A DNA stretch of 48,397 nucleotides from Gemmobacter sp. (lineage in GTDB: Bacteria > Pseudomonadota > Alphaproteobacteria > Rhodobacterales > Rhodobacteraceae): the NCBI GenBank assembly GCA_030683915.1, contig JAUXPG010000229.1, positions 1 through 48,397 of the forward strand. Reading direction: 5' to 3'. Below the pieces are notes generated by a model, which worked only from the letters and a program-made list of their open reading frames with translations, searched no databases and had not been told where the DNA came from. Of this stretch, positions 18,324 through 27,080 are shown one piece after another (positions within the stretch are counted from its first letter, which is position 1; every line of letters starts with the position of its first letter). Position numbers and translations under genes: made by a program.

Positions 18324-18518
18324 ATGCAGCTTTCGATTCCCGACATGACCTGCGGCCATTGCCGCGCGGCGGTGACCGGCGCGTTGGTGGCGCTGGACCC
18401 GCAGGCAAAGGTCACGGTAGACCTGTCCACCCGCCGTGCCGATGTGGAGACCAGCGCCCCCGCCGCCGCCGTGATCGCCGCGCTGGGCGAGGTCGGGTTT
18501 ACCGCCACGCCCGTCTGA
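18324..18518 (+). CDS. copZ: Heavy-metal-associated (CopZ-like) copper chaperone
   Basis: MTCGHC motif, 64 aa, AAGGAG RBS. Confidence 0.88.
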   Translation: MQLSIPDMTCGHCRAAVTGALVALDPQAKVTVDLSTRRADVETSAPAAAVIAALGEVGFTATPV

Positions 18519-18639
18519 CCGGCTCCGCCTTTCGCCAGTGGACCTTGCCGGCCAGAGCGGTTAGACCCGCGCCGCAGGCCGCTTCGGCCCCCGCGCGGCG
18601 GGGGACGTGTGTTCGGTCCGCGTAGCGAAAGGCCCCGCC

Positions 18640-19539
18640 ATGGCATCCGACCCCTCCACCGGCGACACCCCGCGCGGGTTTGCGTTTGCGTTGGCGGCCT
18701 ATGGCATGTGGGGGTTCCTGCCGCTTTACATGAAAACGTTGGCACATATTCCCACGCTCGAGGTGCTGGCGCACCGGGTGCTTTGGTCGGTGCCGGTCGC
18801 GCTGGCAATTCTGGTCTGGCTGGGGCGCACGAATGACCTGATGCGCGCCTTGCGCAACCCTCGCATGCTGGGCATGGCGGCGGTGACAGCACTGCTCGTG
18901 TCGTTCAACTGGGGCGTCTATGTCTATGCCATCCAGTCCGGGCAGGCGATGGAGGCGGCGCTGGGGTATTACATCAACCCGCTGTTTTCCATCTTTCTGG
19001 GCCGTGTCTTGTTGGGCGAACGGCTGGACGCGCTGCAATGGGGCGCGGTGGCGCTGGCCACGCTGGCGGTGGCGGTGCTGACGGTGGAAACCGGGCGCTT
19101 GCCGGTGGTGGCGCTGGCCCTGACGCTGTCGTGGGGGATTTATGCCTATTTCAAGAGATCCCTTCCGATCGGGCCCAATCAGGGCTTTGCGCTGGAGGTG
19201 ATCCTGCTTGGACCCTTCGCGCTGGCCGGGGTGGTCTGGCTTGCGGCCGACGGACAGGCGATGTTCTGGAACGGGCCCTTGCGCGACGACCTGCTGCTGA
19301 TGGGCTGCGGGGTGGTGACGGCGGTGCCGCTGATGGTTTACGCCAACGCGGCCAAGGGGCTGCGGCTCAGTACCATCGGCATCATGCAGTATATCGCGCC
19401 GACGATGATTTTTCTGACGGCAGTTTTCCTGTTCGGCGAACCGTTCGGTTCGGCCCGCGCAGTGGCGTTTCCGATGATCTGGGCGGCGCTGGTGCTGTAT
19501 ACCGTCGCGCTGATCCGCAAGGCGCGGGCGGCCCGATAA
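18640..19539 (+). CDS. rarD: EamA/RarD family transporter
   Basis: AYGMWGFLPLY, LAHRVLWS, ALGYYINPL, IGIMQYIAPT. Confidence 0.92.
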   Translation: MASDPSTGDTPRGFAFALAAYGMWGFLPLYMKTLAHIPTLEVLAHRVLWSVPVALAILVWLGRTNDLMRALRNPRMLGMAAVTALLVSFNWGVYVYAIQSGQAMEAALGYYINPLFSIFLGRVLLGERLDALQWGAVALATLAVAVLTVETGRLPVVALALTLSWGIYAYFKRSLPIGPNQGFALEVILLGPFALAGVVWLAADGQAMFWNGPLRDDLLLMGCGVVTAVPLMVYANAAKGLRLSTIGIMQYIAPTMIFLTAVFLFGEPFGSARAVAFPMIWAALVLYTVALIRKARAAR

Positions 19540-19550
19540 GGCGATGCGCG

Positions 19551-20645
19551 TCAGGCCGGGCGGCTGATCTCGCCGCCACCCACACACGCCGCGACTCCCG
19601 TGGTGCCGGGGCAGGAGGTGGCGAGCCCGCGCGCCACCCGGACCGCCAGAAAGGCAAAGGCCTGCGCCTCGAGCATGTCGCCGTTCAGACCGGCGGATTC
19701 GACGGGGGCGACCGGGCAGGGCAGGCGGGCGGCCAGTTCGGCCATCAGCACGGGGTTGTGCCGCCCCCCGCCGGCGACAAGCACGCGCGCCGGAACCGCA
19801 GGCACCAGCGGCAGGCCAGCCGCCACGGCAGCCGCCGCTGCGGCGGTCAGCGTGGCGGCGGCATCGGTATCGGGCAGCGCCGCAACCGCCTGCGCCAACC
19901 CGTGCCACGCATCGCGGTCGAGCGATTTCGGCGCCATGCGGAAGAAAAAGGGATGCTCCAGAAATCGCGCAAGAATGTCGCCGTCAGGGGTTCCCTGCGC
20001 GGCCAGCGCGCCGCCTTCGTCGCAGGGCTGGCCCCGGCGTGCGAACATCAGATCGTTGATCGGCGCATTCGCCGGCCCGGTGTCAAACGCGACCAGCGCG
20101 CCGGGGCGTTCGGGCGCAGGGCACTGCGGGTCGGCCCAGGTCAGGTTGCCGACCCCGCCGAGATTAAGGAACACCACGGGCGCCCGCCCCATCCGCCGCG
20201 CCAGCGCAAAGTGATAGAACGGCGCCAGCGGCGCGCCCTGACCGCCAAGCCGCACATCGGCGGACCGGAAATCCCACACCACGGGCAGGCCCAGCACTTC
20301 GGCCAGAACGGCGCCGTTGCCGCACTGATGGGTGCCACGCCCGCCCGGATCATGCGCCAGCGTCTGGCCATGAAAACCCACAAGCTCTGCCCCATCGAAC
20401 CGCGACAACACCTCGGCATGCGCGGTTTCCACCACTTCGGCAGCAGCGGCGACCCCCGCTTCGCCGGGCCAGCGGCCAAGGGCTGCGCGCAAGGTGGAGT
20501 GCTCGGCCGGGGTATAGGGGCGATAGGCCGAGGGGCCGAAATCGAACACCGTTTCGCCATCGGTCAGGATCATCGCGGCCTCGACCCCGTCGAGCGAGGT
20601 GCCCGACATTGCCCCCAACGCCCAGACCGGCCCGGCCTTCAACAT
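19551..20645 (-). CDS. anmK: Anhydro-N-acetylmuramic acid kinase
   Basis: [43 protein letters not shown]. Divergent from tyrS. Confidence 0.96.
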   Translation of the reverse strand: MLKAGPVWALGAMSGTSLDGVEAAMILTDGETVFDFGPSAYRPYTPAEHSTLRAALGRWPGEAGVAAAAEVVETAHAEVLSRFDGAELVGFHGQTLAHDPGGRGTHQCGNGAVLAEVLGLPVVWDFRSADVRLGGQGAPLAPFYHFALARRMGRAPVVFLNLGGVGNLTWADPQCPAPERPGALVAFDTGPANAPINDLMFARRGQPCDEGGALAAQGTPDGDILARFLEHPFFFRMAPKSLDRDAWHGLAQAVAALPDTDAAATLTAAAAAAVAAGLPLVPAVPARVLVAGGGRHNPVLMAELAARLPCPVAPVESAGLNGDMLEAQAFAFLAVRVARGLATSCPGTTGVAACVGGGEISRPA

Positions 20646-20710
20646 GCGCTTTCCCTTCGTCGCCTGCACCGCTATACCCGGCGCGCAGATGATTTATGGA
20701 TGATGCCGCC

Positions 20711-21961
20711 ATGACCTACCATGCCAAATCCGAATTCCTGCGCGTGATGATCGAACGCGGCTTTCTGGCCGATTGCACCGATTACCAGGCGCTGGACGAC
20801 GCGTTGATCGCTGGCGTGGTTCCGGCCTATATCGGCTATGATGCGACGGCGGCATCCCTGCATGTCGGCCACCTGATGAACATCATGGTGCTACGCTGGT
20901 TGCAGCGGACCGGGCACAAGCCGATCACCCTGATGGGCGGCGGCACCACCAAGGTGGGTGACCCCAGCTTCCGGGCCGAGGAACGTCCGCTGCTGACGCC
21001 TGCCGCGATCGATGCCAACATCGCCAGCATGAAGCAGGTGTTTGGCCGTTATCTGGCCTATGGCGACGGGCCGACCGATGCCATCATGCTCAACAATGCC
21101 GAATGGCACGACAGCCTGAACTACCTTGAATTCCTGCGCGACATAGGGCGGCACGACTCGGTCAACCGGATGCTCAGCTTTGAATCGGTGAAATCGCGGC
21201 TGGACCGCGAGCAATCGCTGTCGTTCCTCGAATTCAACTACATGATCCTGCAAGCCTATGATTTTCTGGAGCTTTACCGCCGCTATGGCTGCCGGTTGCA
21301 GATGGGCGGGTCGGACCAGTGGGGCAACATCGTCAACGGCATCGACCTGACGCGGCGCGTGCTGGAAGGCGAGATCTGGGGCCTGACCACGCCGCTTCTG
21401 ACCACCAGCGACGGGCGCAAGATGGGCAAGTCGGCGTCGGGTGCGGTCTGGCTGCGCGGCGACATGCTGAGCCCCTATGAGTTCTGGCAGTTCTGGCGCA
21501 ACACCACAGATGCCGACACCGGCAAGTTCCTGAAGCTTTTCACCGAACTGCCGGTAGCCGAATGTGACCGGCTGGGCGCGCTGCAAGGCTCCGAGATCAA
21601 TGCGGCCAAGGTCATTCTGGCCAATGAGGTGACAACCCTGCTGCACGGCACCGAAGCGGCGCAGGCGGCCGAGGCGACGGCCCGCGCGGTGTTCGAACAA
21701 GGCGGTGTGGGGGGCGAATTGCCCACCGTCGCGCTCAGCGCCGACGAGGCGGCCGAAGGCATCAGCCTTGCGCAGCTTTTCGTGCGCGCTGGGTTGGCCA
21801 AATCGGGCAAGGATGCCAAGCGCCTGATCGCCGAAGGCGGCGCACGGGTGAATGATGCCGAGGCCACCGACAGCGGTCGGGTGATCCGTGCTGCCGATCT
21901 GGCCGAACCGATGAAGCTGACCGCGGGGCGCAAACGGCACGCTCTGGTGGTCGTGGCCTGA
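20711..21961 (+). CDS. tyrS: Tyrosine--tRNA ligase
   Basis: HVGH (HIGH), [14 protein letters not shown]-terminal S4-like domain. Confidence 0.97.
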   Translation: MTYHAKSEFLRVMIERGFLADCTDYQALDDALIAGVVPAYIGYDATAASLHVGHLMNIMVLRWLQRTGHKPITLMGGGTTKVGDPSFRAEERPLLTPAAIDANIASMKQVFGRYLAYGDGPTDAIMLNNAEWHDSLNYLEFLRDIGRHDSVNRMLSFESVKSRLDREQSLSFLEFNYMILQAYDFLELYRRYGCRLQMGGSDQWGNIVNGIDLTRRVLEGEIWGLTTPLLTTSDGRKMGKSASGAVWLRGDMLSPYEFWQFWRNTTDADTGKFLKLFTELPVAECDRLGALQGSEINAAKVILANEVTTLLHGTEAAQAAEATARAVFEQGGVGGELPTVALSADEAAEGISLAQLFVRAGLAKSGKDAKRLIAEGGARVNDAEATDSGRVIRAADLAEPMKLTAGRKRHALVVVA

Positions 21962-21986
21962 CGGCGGCCGGATTGGCAGACGAAAT

Positions 21987-22013
21987 GGGCGGCGTCCGGT
22001 TTCGGCGCCGCCC
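21987..22013. terminator. Hairpin between convergent tyrS and methyltransferase
   Basis: GGGCGGCG...CGCCGCCC stem followed by TATTCATTT. Confidence 0.55.
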
Positions 22014-22057
22014 TATTCATTTGCGTTCAGGTTTCCCGCGGTCGGCGGACAGCCGGC

Positions 22058-23068
22058 TCAGCCCCGCCGGCGGCGCCGTTCGCGGCCCGCGCCATCATCG
22101 CCGCCCGTGCCGTCCGAGGCCGAAGAAAAGCCGCCCAAGGCCGCTGCAATGGTTTCCAGCGACGGGCGCTCGCCCTTCGGGCGCGTTTCCAGCGCGGCAC
22201 GCATCGCACGCAGATGTTCGGGCATGGTGCCGCAGCAACCGCCGATGATACGGACACCCGCATCGCGCGCCAGCACCGCGTATTCCGCCATCAACTCGGG
22301 CGTGCCGTCATAGTGGATATGGCCATCGTGGTACTTGGGAATACCTGCATTGCCCTTGGCGATTACCGGGCGTTCGGTGCCTTGCGCCATGAAGCCCAGC
22401 ACAGTGCGCAACAGGTCGGCAGCGCCCACACCGCAGTTGGCGCCAAAGGCGATCGGCGGGTTCGGCAGCTTTTCCACCATGCTGACCATCGCCGCCGATG
22501 TGACGCCCATCATGGTGCGGCCCGCAGTGTCAAAGCTCATGGTGCCGCACCAAGGCATCCCGGCCAGCGCGGCGGCTTCTGCGGCGGCCTTGTATTCCTC
22601 GGGGGCGGAAATGGTTTCCACCCACAGCACATCTGCGCCGCCTTCCTTCAGGCCCTCGGCCTGTTCGTGAAAGATCGCCACGGCGTCGGCGTGGGTCATC
22701 GTGCCCATCGGCTGAAAGATCTCGCCCGTCGGGCCGACCGACCCCGCCACCACCACCGTGCGCCCCGAGGCATCGGCCACCTCGCGCCCGATTGCGGCGG
22801 CGATGCGGTTCAACTCGCGCGTGCGGCCCTGCAGATTGTGCAGTTTGAGCCGCGCGGCATTGGCGCCGAACGAGTTGGTCAGGAAAATGTCCGACCCGGC
22901 CTCGACCGCGCCGCGATACAAGGTGTGGATGCGGTCGGGGTGGTCAAGGTTCCACATTTCGGGCGCATCGCCCGACGACAGGCCCATGTTGAACAGATTG
23001 GTGCCGGTCGCCCCGTCGGCCATCAGCCAGTCACGGGTGGCAAGAAGGCGGCTGAGCGCGTCGGACAT
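22058..23068 (-). CDS. bmt: Homocysteine S-methyltransferase domain protein (Bmt / split MetH Hcy-binding module)
   Basis: DGATGT, TNSFGAN, GANCG and GGCCGT Zn-ligand motifs. Confidence 0.88.
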   Translation of the reverse strand: MSDALSRLLATRDWLMADGATGTNLFNMGLSSGDAPEMWNLDHPDRIHTLYRGAVEAGSDIFLTNSFGANAARLKLHNLQGRTRELNRIAAAIGREVADASGRTVVVAGSVGPTGEIFQPMGTMTHADAVAIFHEQAEGLKEGGADVLWVETISAPEEYKAAAEAAALAGMPWCGTMSFDTAGRTMMGVTSAAMVSMVEKLPNPPIAFGANCGVGAADLLRTVLGFMAQGTERPVIAKGNAGIPKYHDGHIHYDGTPELMAEYAVLARDAGVRIIGGCCGTMPEHLRAMRAALETRPKGERPSLETIAAALGGFSSASDGTGGDDGAGRERRRRRG

Positions 23069-23151
23069 GGAAATACTCCGGATAGTGGAAGGCCCCACCC
23101 TGCCATAACGGCAAGACGGGGCGCAAATGAATGGTGGGCGGAATAATAGCG

Positions 23152-23466
23152 TCAGGCCTCGCTGGCGAGCTGGCGCTTGGCTTCGATCAGCAGGGCGTCC
23201 ATCTTGGCGCGCACTTCGGCTGCGGTGGCCTTGTCGCCCAGATCGCCGGTGACCTTGCGCAGCACGTCGTCATCCCCGGCTTCCTGGAAATCGGACTTGA
23301 CCACCTCGATCGCGTAGGCGTCGGCCTCGGCCCCCGATTTGCCCAACAGGCCCGCCGCCCACAGGCCCAGCAGCTTGTTGCGCCGGGAATTGGCGCGGAA
23401 CTGCATTTCCTCGTCATGGGCGAATTTCGATTCGTAGGCGCGTTCGCGGTCGTCGAAGGTGGTCAT
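23152..23466 (-). CDS. F1Fo-ATPase inhibitor zeta subunit (DUF1476)
   Basis: MTTFDDRERAYESKFAHD...RRNKLLGLWAA, 104 aa. Matches the Paracoccus zeta N-terminal signature. Confidence 0.9.
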   Translation of the reverse strand: MTTFDDRERAYESKFAHDEEMQFRANSRRNKLLGLWAAGLLGKSGAEADAYAIEVVKSDFQEAGDDDVLRKVTGDLGDKATAAEVRAKMDALLIEAKRQLASEA

Positions 23467-23611
23467 GGGGTACTCCCTTGTCCCTGGGTCTGGCTGATCC
23501 CCATATGCCCCCCGCAAGCCGGGCCTGCAAGAGGCGCGCGTCTTGCGGGATGGCGGCATCTGCACTAAGAGGCAGTCTTGTGCGGGCAAGATGGCCCGCA
23601 GGCGAGGTTCG

Positions 23612-24373
23612 ATGGCACGGCGCAAGAAAGTCTACGAAGGCAAGGCAAAGATCCTGTATGAGGGGCCGGAACCCGGCACCCTGATCCAGTATTTCAAGGA
23701 CGATGCCGCCAACCAGCCAGTGCTGAAACAAACGTCCGCTGATGGGCGCGGCGTGTTGAACAACCGGCTGTCGGAATTCTTCATGGCCGGGCTGAACGCC
23801 ATCGGCGTGCCCACGCATTTTATCCGCCGTCTGAACATGCGCGAACAACTGATCCGCATGGTCGAAATCATTCCGCTGATCGTGACGGTGCGCAACTATG
23901 CCGCAGGTGAACTGACCCGCCGGCTGGGCATTCCCGAGGGCACCGCGCTGCCGCGTCCCATCGTGGAGTTCTACTTCAAGGACGACAAGCTGGGGAACCC
24001 GCTGGTCACCGAGGAACACGTGATCGCCTTTGGCTGGGCCAGCCAGCAGGATCTGGATGACATGGTGGCGCTGGCGCTGCGGGTCAACGATTTCCTGTCG
24101 GGTGCGATGTTGGGCGCGGGCATCCGTCTGGCCGATTTCCGCATCGAGGTCGGGCGCGTGTGGGAAGGCGACTACATGCGCCTGATCGTTGCCGACGAGA
24201 TCAGCCCGGACAGTTGCCGGCTGTGGGACATGCGCGGCAACGAGGCGACCGAACGCGAAGGCCAGCCGCGCGAACCCGGACCCTTGGCCGATGTCTATAC
24301 CGAACTGGCGCGGCGGCTGGGTGTGCTGCCGTCGAACGTCACCCACACCACCAAGCCCACGCTGATCAACTGA
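23612..24373 (+). CDS. purC: SAICAR synthetase PurC homologue with degenerate active site
   Basis: [25 protein letters not shown]. Directly upstream of purS. Several catalytic motifs are altered (see findings). Confidence 0.85.
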   Translation: MARRKKVYEGKAKILYEGPEPGTLIQYFKDDAANQPVLKQTSADGRGVLNNRLSEFFMAGLNAIGVPTHFIRRLNMREQLIRMVEIIPLIVTVRNYAAGELTRRLGIPEGTALPRPIVEFYFKDDKLGNPLVTEEHVIAFGWASQQDLDDMVALALRVNDFLSGAMLGAGIRLADFRIEVGRVWEGDYMRLIVADEISPDSCRLWDMRGNEATEREGQPREPGPLADVYTELARRLGVLPSNVTHTTKPTLIN

Positions 24374-24384
24374 AAGGCCCTGTC

Positions 24385-24630
24385 ATGGCTTTGAAAGCGA
24401 CCGTTCATGTCATGCTCAAGGATGGGGTGCTCGACCCGCAGGGCGACGCCGTGCGCCATGCGCTCGGCACGCTCGGGTTTTCGGGGGTTCAGGCGGTGCG
24501 GCAGGGCAAGGTGATCGAACTTGATCTGGCCGCCACCGACCGTGCGGCAGCGGAAGCCGAAGTTCGCGCGATGTGCGAACGTCTGTTGGCCAACACCGTG
24601 ATCGAGAAGTTTTCCGTCACCATCGCCTGA
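24385..24630 (+). CDS. purS: FGAM synthase subunit PurS
   Basis: VMLKDGVLDPQG, VRQGK, LLANTVIE. Confidence 0.96.
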   Translation: MALKATVHVMLKDGVLDPQGDAVRHALGTLGFSGVQAVRQGKVIELDLAATDRAAAEAEVRAMCERLLANTVIEKFSVTIA

Positions 24631-24657
24631 CCTGTCCGAAGGTGCGCGCGATCCGTC

Positions 24658-24677
24658 AGGGGCCCTTTCGGGCCCCT
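24658..24677. terminator. Hairpin after purS
   Basis: AGGGGCCC-TTTC-GGGCCCCT perfect 8-bp stem between convergent genes. Confidence 0.6.
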
Positions 24678-24707
24678 ATGCCGTAGCGCGGCCGGGTAAA
24701 GGGACGG

Positions 24708-25283
24708 TCAGTCGCGCAGGCGCGGCGGCTCGGCATCCGGTTTGTTGAAGTTCACGCATAGCTGCGTCGTTTCCGGCGCGGCGATCATCCGTGCCATGCA
24801 GGCGCAGAACGCGTCCTGCGGGCGGCCTTCGAAATGGCGGCAATCGGTGCAGGTTCCAAAACTGGGCGCGTCGCGCCGGCGCGCAAGTTCGGCCACCAGC
24901 CTCGGCATTGTTTGGCCCAGTGCCTCGTAGAGTGCAGGCGGCAGGCCGGCGACCGCGGCGGTCAGGTCGCGCAGCGGGTCTTGCGCCAGCAAGGCACGGC
25001 CTTTCGGGGTCAGATCATAACAGACCTTGCGCCCGTCGGACTGCGTGTCGCCGCGCCGGATCAGGCCCTTGGCTTCCAGCGCCTTCAGCGTCTGCGTCGC
25101 CGTTCCGCGTGTGGTGGCGTGAAAGCTGGCAAAGGCAGAAGGTGTGCGGCTGACCGTATTGGCGCGCGACAAGAACCGCAGCGCGGTCCACTGCGCGGGG
25201 GTCAGTTGGGCATCGGCATCCTCGGCCCGCGCGGCGCGGGCAAGGTGGATCAACAGTTCGGCGATTTCGTCCGGGGTGCTCAT
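24708..25283 (-). CDS. MarR family regulator with C-terminal Cys cluster
   Basis: LTPAQWTALRFL, TRGTATQTLKALEAKGLI, DGR..YDLTPKG. Tail FGTCTDCRHF...CAC...LC. Confidence 0.88.
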   Translation of the reverse strand: MSTPDEIAELLIHLARAARAEDADAQLTPAQWTALRFLSRANTVSRTPSAFASFHATTRGTATQTLKALEAKGLIRRGDTQSDGRKVCYDLTPKGRALLAQDPLRDLTAAVAGLPPALYEALGQTMPRLVAELARRRDAPSFGTCTDCRHFEGRPQDAFCACMARMIAAPETTQLCVNFNKPDAEPPRLRD

Positions 25284-25298
25284 GTCAGGGATGATAGC

Positions 25299-25357
25299 GT
25301 TTCGAAACCTGTTTGACAATTCCTGTCAGGCTGATAGTTTCGAATCGAAATCATCAG
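25299..25357. promoter_or_regulatory. Divergent promoter region with stacked palindromes
   Basis: GTTTCGAAAC (25299-308); TTGACA (25313-18) within TGACA-N5-TGTCA (25314-28); CTGAT-ag-TTTCGA-A-TCGAAA-tc-ATCAG (25331-57) over a TAGTTT -10-like box. Confidence 0.7.
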
Positions 25358-25368
25358 TGGTGGATGCC

Positions 25369-26256
25369 ATGAACAAACCGTTCCGCGCCCCTAGAACCCG
25401 CACGAGCAGCACAAGGTTCAGTGCCGACTTTCTGGATGCCGCGACCGAAGCGGATCTGGCCCGTGCGTGGCGCGAGCGGGGCGATGCGCGTGCCCGCGAC
25501 CGTCTGGTGCTGGCGCACCGGGCGCTGGCCTGGGCGGCGGCGGCGCGGATGACGCGCGGCCACCGGCGCCCGGACGAAGACCTGATCCAGCAGGCCAATC
25601 TTGGCCTGCTGAAGGCCGCCGACAGGTTCGACCCCGACATGGGGTTCCGGTTTTCCACCTATGCGACGTGGTGGGTGCGCGCCGAGATTCAGGATTACGC
25701 CTACGGCGACTGGTCGCTGATCCGCTTGCCGGGGTCGTCCAGCCTGCGGCGGGTGTTCTTCGGACTGCGCAAGGCCGAAGCGGCACTGCGTGCCGAAGGC
25801 ACCGCGCCTGAGGATATGGATGCAGCGCTGGCGGTGCAGTTCGGGGTGGACGCCGAAAAGATCGGGCTGATCCGCGACAGGCTGGGCGCGCGCGATCTGT
25901 CGCTCAACCAACCGCTTGGTGGCGAGGAACCGGGGGCGGAGTGGCAGGACATGCTGCAAGACCCCAACCCCGAGGCGGATGCCGAGGTGAAGGTGGGGAC
26001 CGCGCGGGCGCAATCGCGGCTTGCGCGGGTGCTGGCCGGGCATCTGGCCCGCTTGCCCGCGCGCGACCGTGACATTCTGACCGGCACGGTGATCGAGGAC
26101 GACCACAAGACGCTGGCCGATCTGGGCGCCGAATTCTCGATCTCGCGCGAGCGGGTGCGCCAGTTGCGCGAACGTGCGCTGGCTTCGTTGCGCAAGGCGC
26201 TGGCCGCCGACCCCGAGGCGCTGGCCTTGCTGCAAGGCGAGGGGTTGGGCGTCTGA
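25369..26256 (+). CDS. Sigma-32 (RpoH2-like) alternative sigma factor, divergent
   Basis: Region 2 DLIQQANLGLLKAADRFDPDMGFRFSTYATWWVRAEIQDY, degenerate RpoH box LRRVFFGLR, region 4 TLADLGAEFSISRERVRQL. Confidence 0.88.
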   Translation: MNKPFRAPRTRTSSTRFSADFLDAATEADLARAWRERGDARARDRLVLAHRALAWAAAARMTRGHRRPDEDLIQQANLGLLKAADRFDPDMGFRFSTYATWWVRAEIQDYAYGDWSLIRLPGSSSLRRVFFGLRKAEAALRAEGTAPEDMDAALAVQFGVDAEKIGLIRDRLGARDLSLNQPLGGEEPGAEWQDMLQDPNPEADAEVKVGTARAQSRLARVLAGHLARLPARDRDILTGTVIEDDHKTLADLGAEFSISRERVRQLRERALASLRKALAADPEALALLQGEGLGV

Positions 26257-26282
26257 CGGTCAAGCCCGGTTGACGGGAAGGC

Positions 26283-26351
26283 GGGGGGCGCTGCCCCCCC
26301 CCTTTGGCCCGTTCCGGGCCAATCCCCCCGGGATACTTGGATCAGAGCGAA
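26283..26351. repeat. REP-like palindromic intergenic element
   Basis: GGGGGGCGCTGCCCCCC + TTGGCCC-GTTCC-GGGCCAA + CCCCCGGGATACTT. The first hairpin recurs at 46856-46872. Confidence 0.55.
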
Positions 26352-26361
26352 ACGGGGGGCG

Positions 26362-26595
26362 TCAGCGCGGGTCCAGCCGCCCGGCGCGCCCGCCCCGGCG
26401 TTTTGTAAGCAGCGCCGACCGGGCGGGCAGGTCGGCCATGATCGCCGCGCGCGCCGCATGCGTGAGCCGCGACCACGCGGAGATTTCCTCGATCGTGCGG
26501 TTGCAGCCGACGCAGATGCGCGCTTCGGTGTGAATGACGCAGACTTTGACGCAGGGGCTTTCGATTTCGTCGCGTTGCCAGAGATCGTCTTTCAC
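26362..26595 (-). CDS. DUF1289 family Cys-rich small protein
   Basis: ESPCVKVC...CVGCNRTIEEISAW. Confidence 0.88.
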   Translation of the reverse strand: MKDDLWQRDEIESPCVKVCVIHTEARICVGCNRTIEEISAWSRLTHAARAAIMADLPARSALLTKRRGGRAGRLDPR

Positions 26596-27080
26596 CGCGC
26601 ATCCTTTGCGATATGCGCCAGCCGATCCAGCGCGCCTTGGAGGATATAGCCTGCCGCGACGTGGTCGATCACCTGTGAGCGACGTTTTCGCGACGTATCC
26701 GCCTCGAGCAGTGCCCTTTCTGCCGCAACGGTGCTGAGCCGCTCATCCCAGAACGCCAGCGGCAGCGGCGAAAGCCGGGCGAGGTTGCGGGCAAAGGCGC
26801 GGGTGGATTGGCAGCGCGGGCCTTCGGAGCCGTCCATGTTGCGCGGCAGGCCCAGCACCAGCCCCACGAGCCCGCGTTCGGCCACAAGGGCAAGCAGGTG
26901 TGCCGCGTCCTCGGTGAATTTGACGCGGCGGATGGTGAGAAGCGGGGTCGCGACCGAGCGGAAGGTGTCGGAGACCGCAACGCCGATGGTCTTGTCGCCC
27001 AGATCCAGCCCGGCCAAGGCGCCGACGCGCGGCAGGACGGCCGCGAAGGTGATCATGTCGTCGTGGCCTGTCGCGGTCAT
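26592..27080 (-). CDS. ruvX: YqgF/RuvX pre-16S rRNA nuclease
   Basis: GLDLGDKTIGVAVSD, GLPRNMDG, WDERLST, IDHVAAGYILQ. Start is 27080 or 27056. Confidence 0.94.
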   Translation of the reverse strand: MTATGHDDMITFAAVLPRVGALAGLDLGDKTIGVAVSDTFRSVATPLLTIRRVKFTEDAAHLLALVAERGLVGLVLGLPRNMDGSEGPRCQSTRAFARNLARLSPLPLAFWDERLSTVAAERALLEADTSRKRRSQVIDHVAAGYILQGALDRLAHIAKDAR

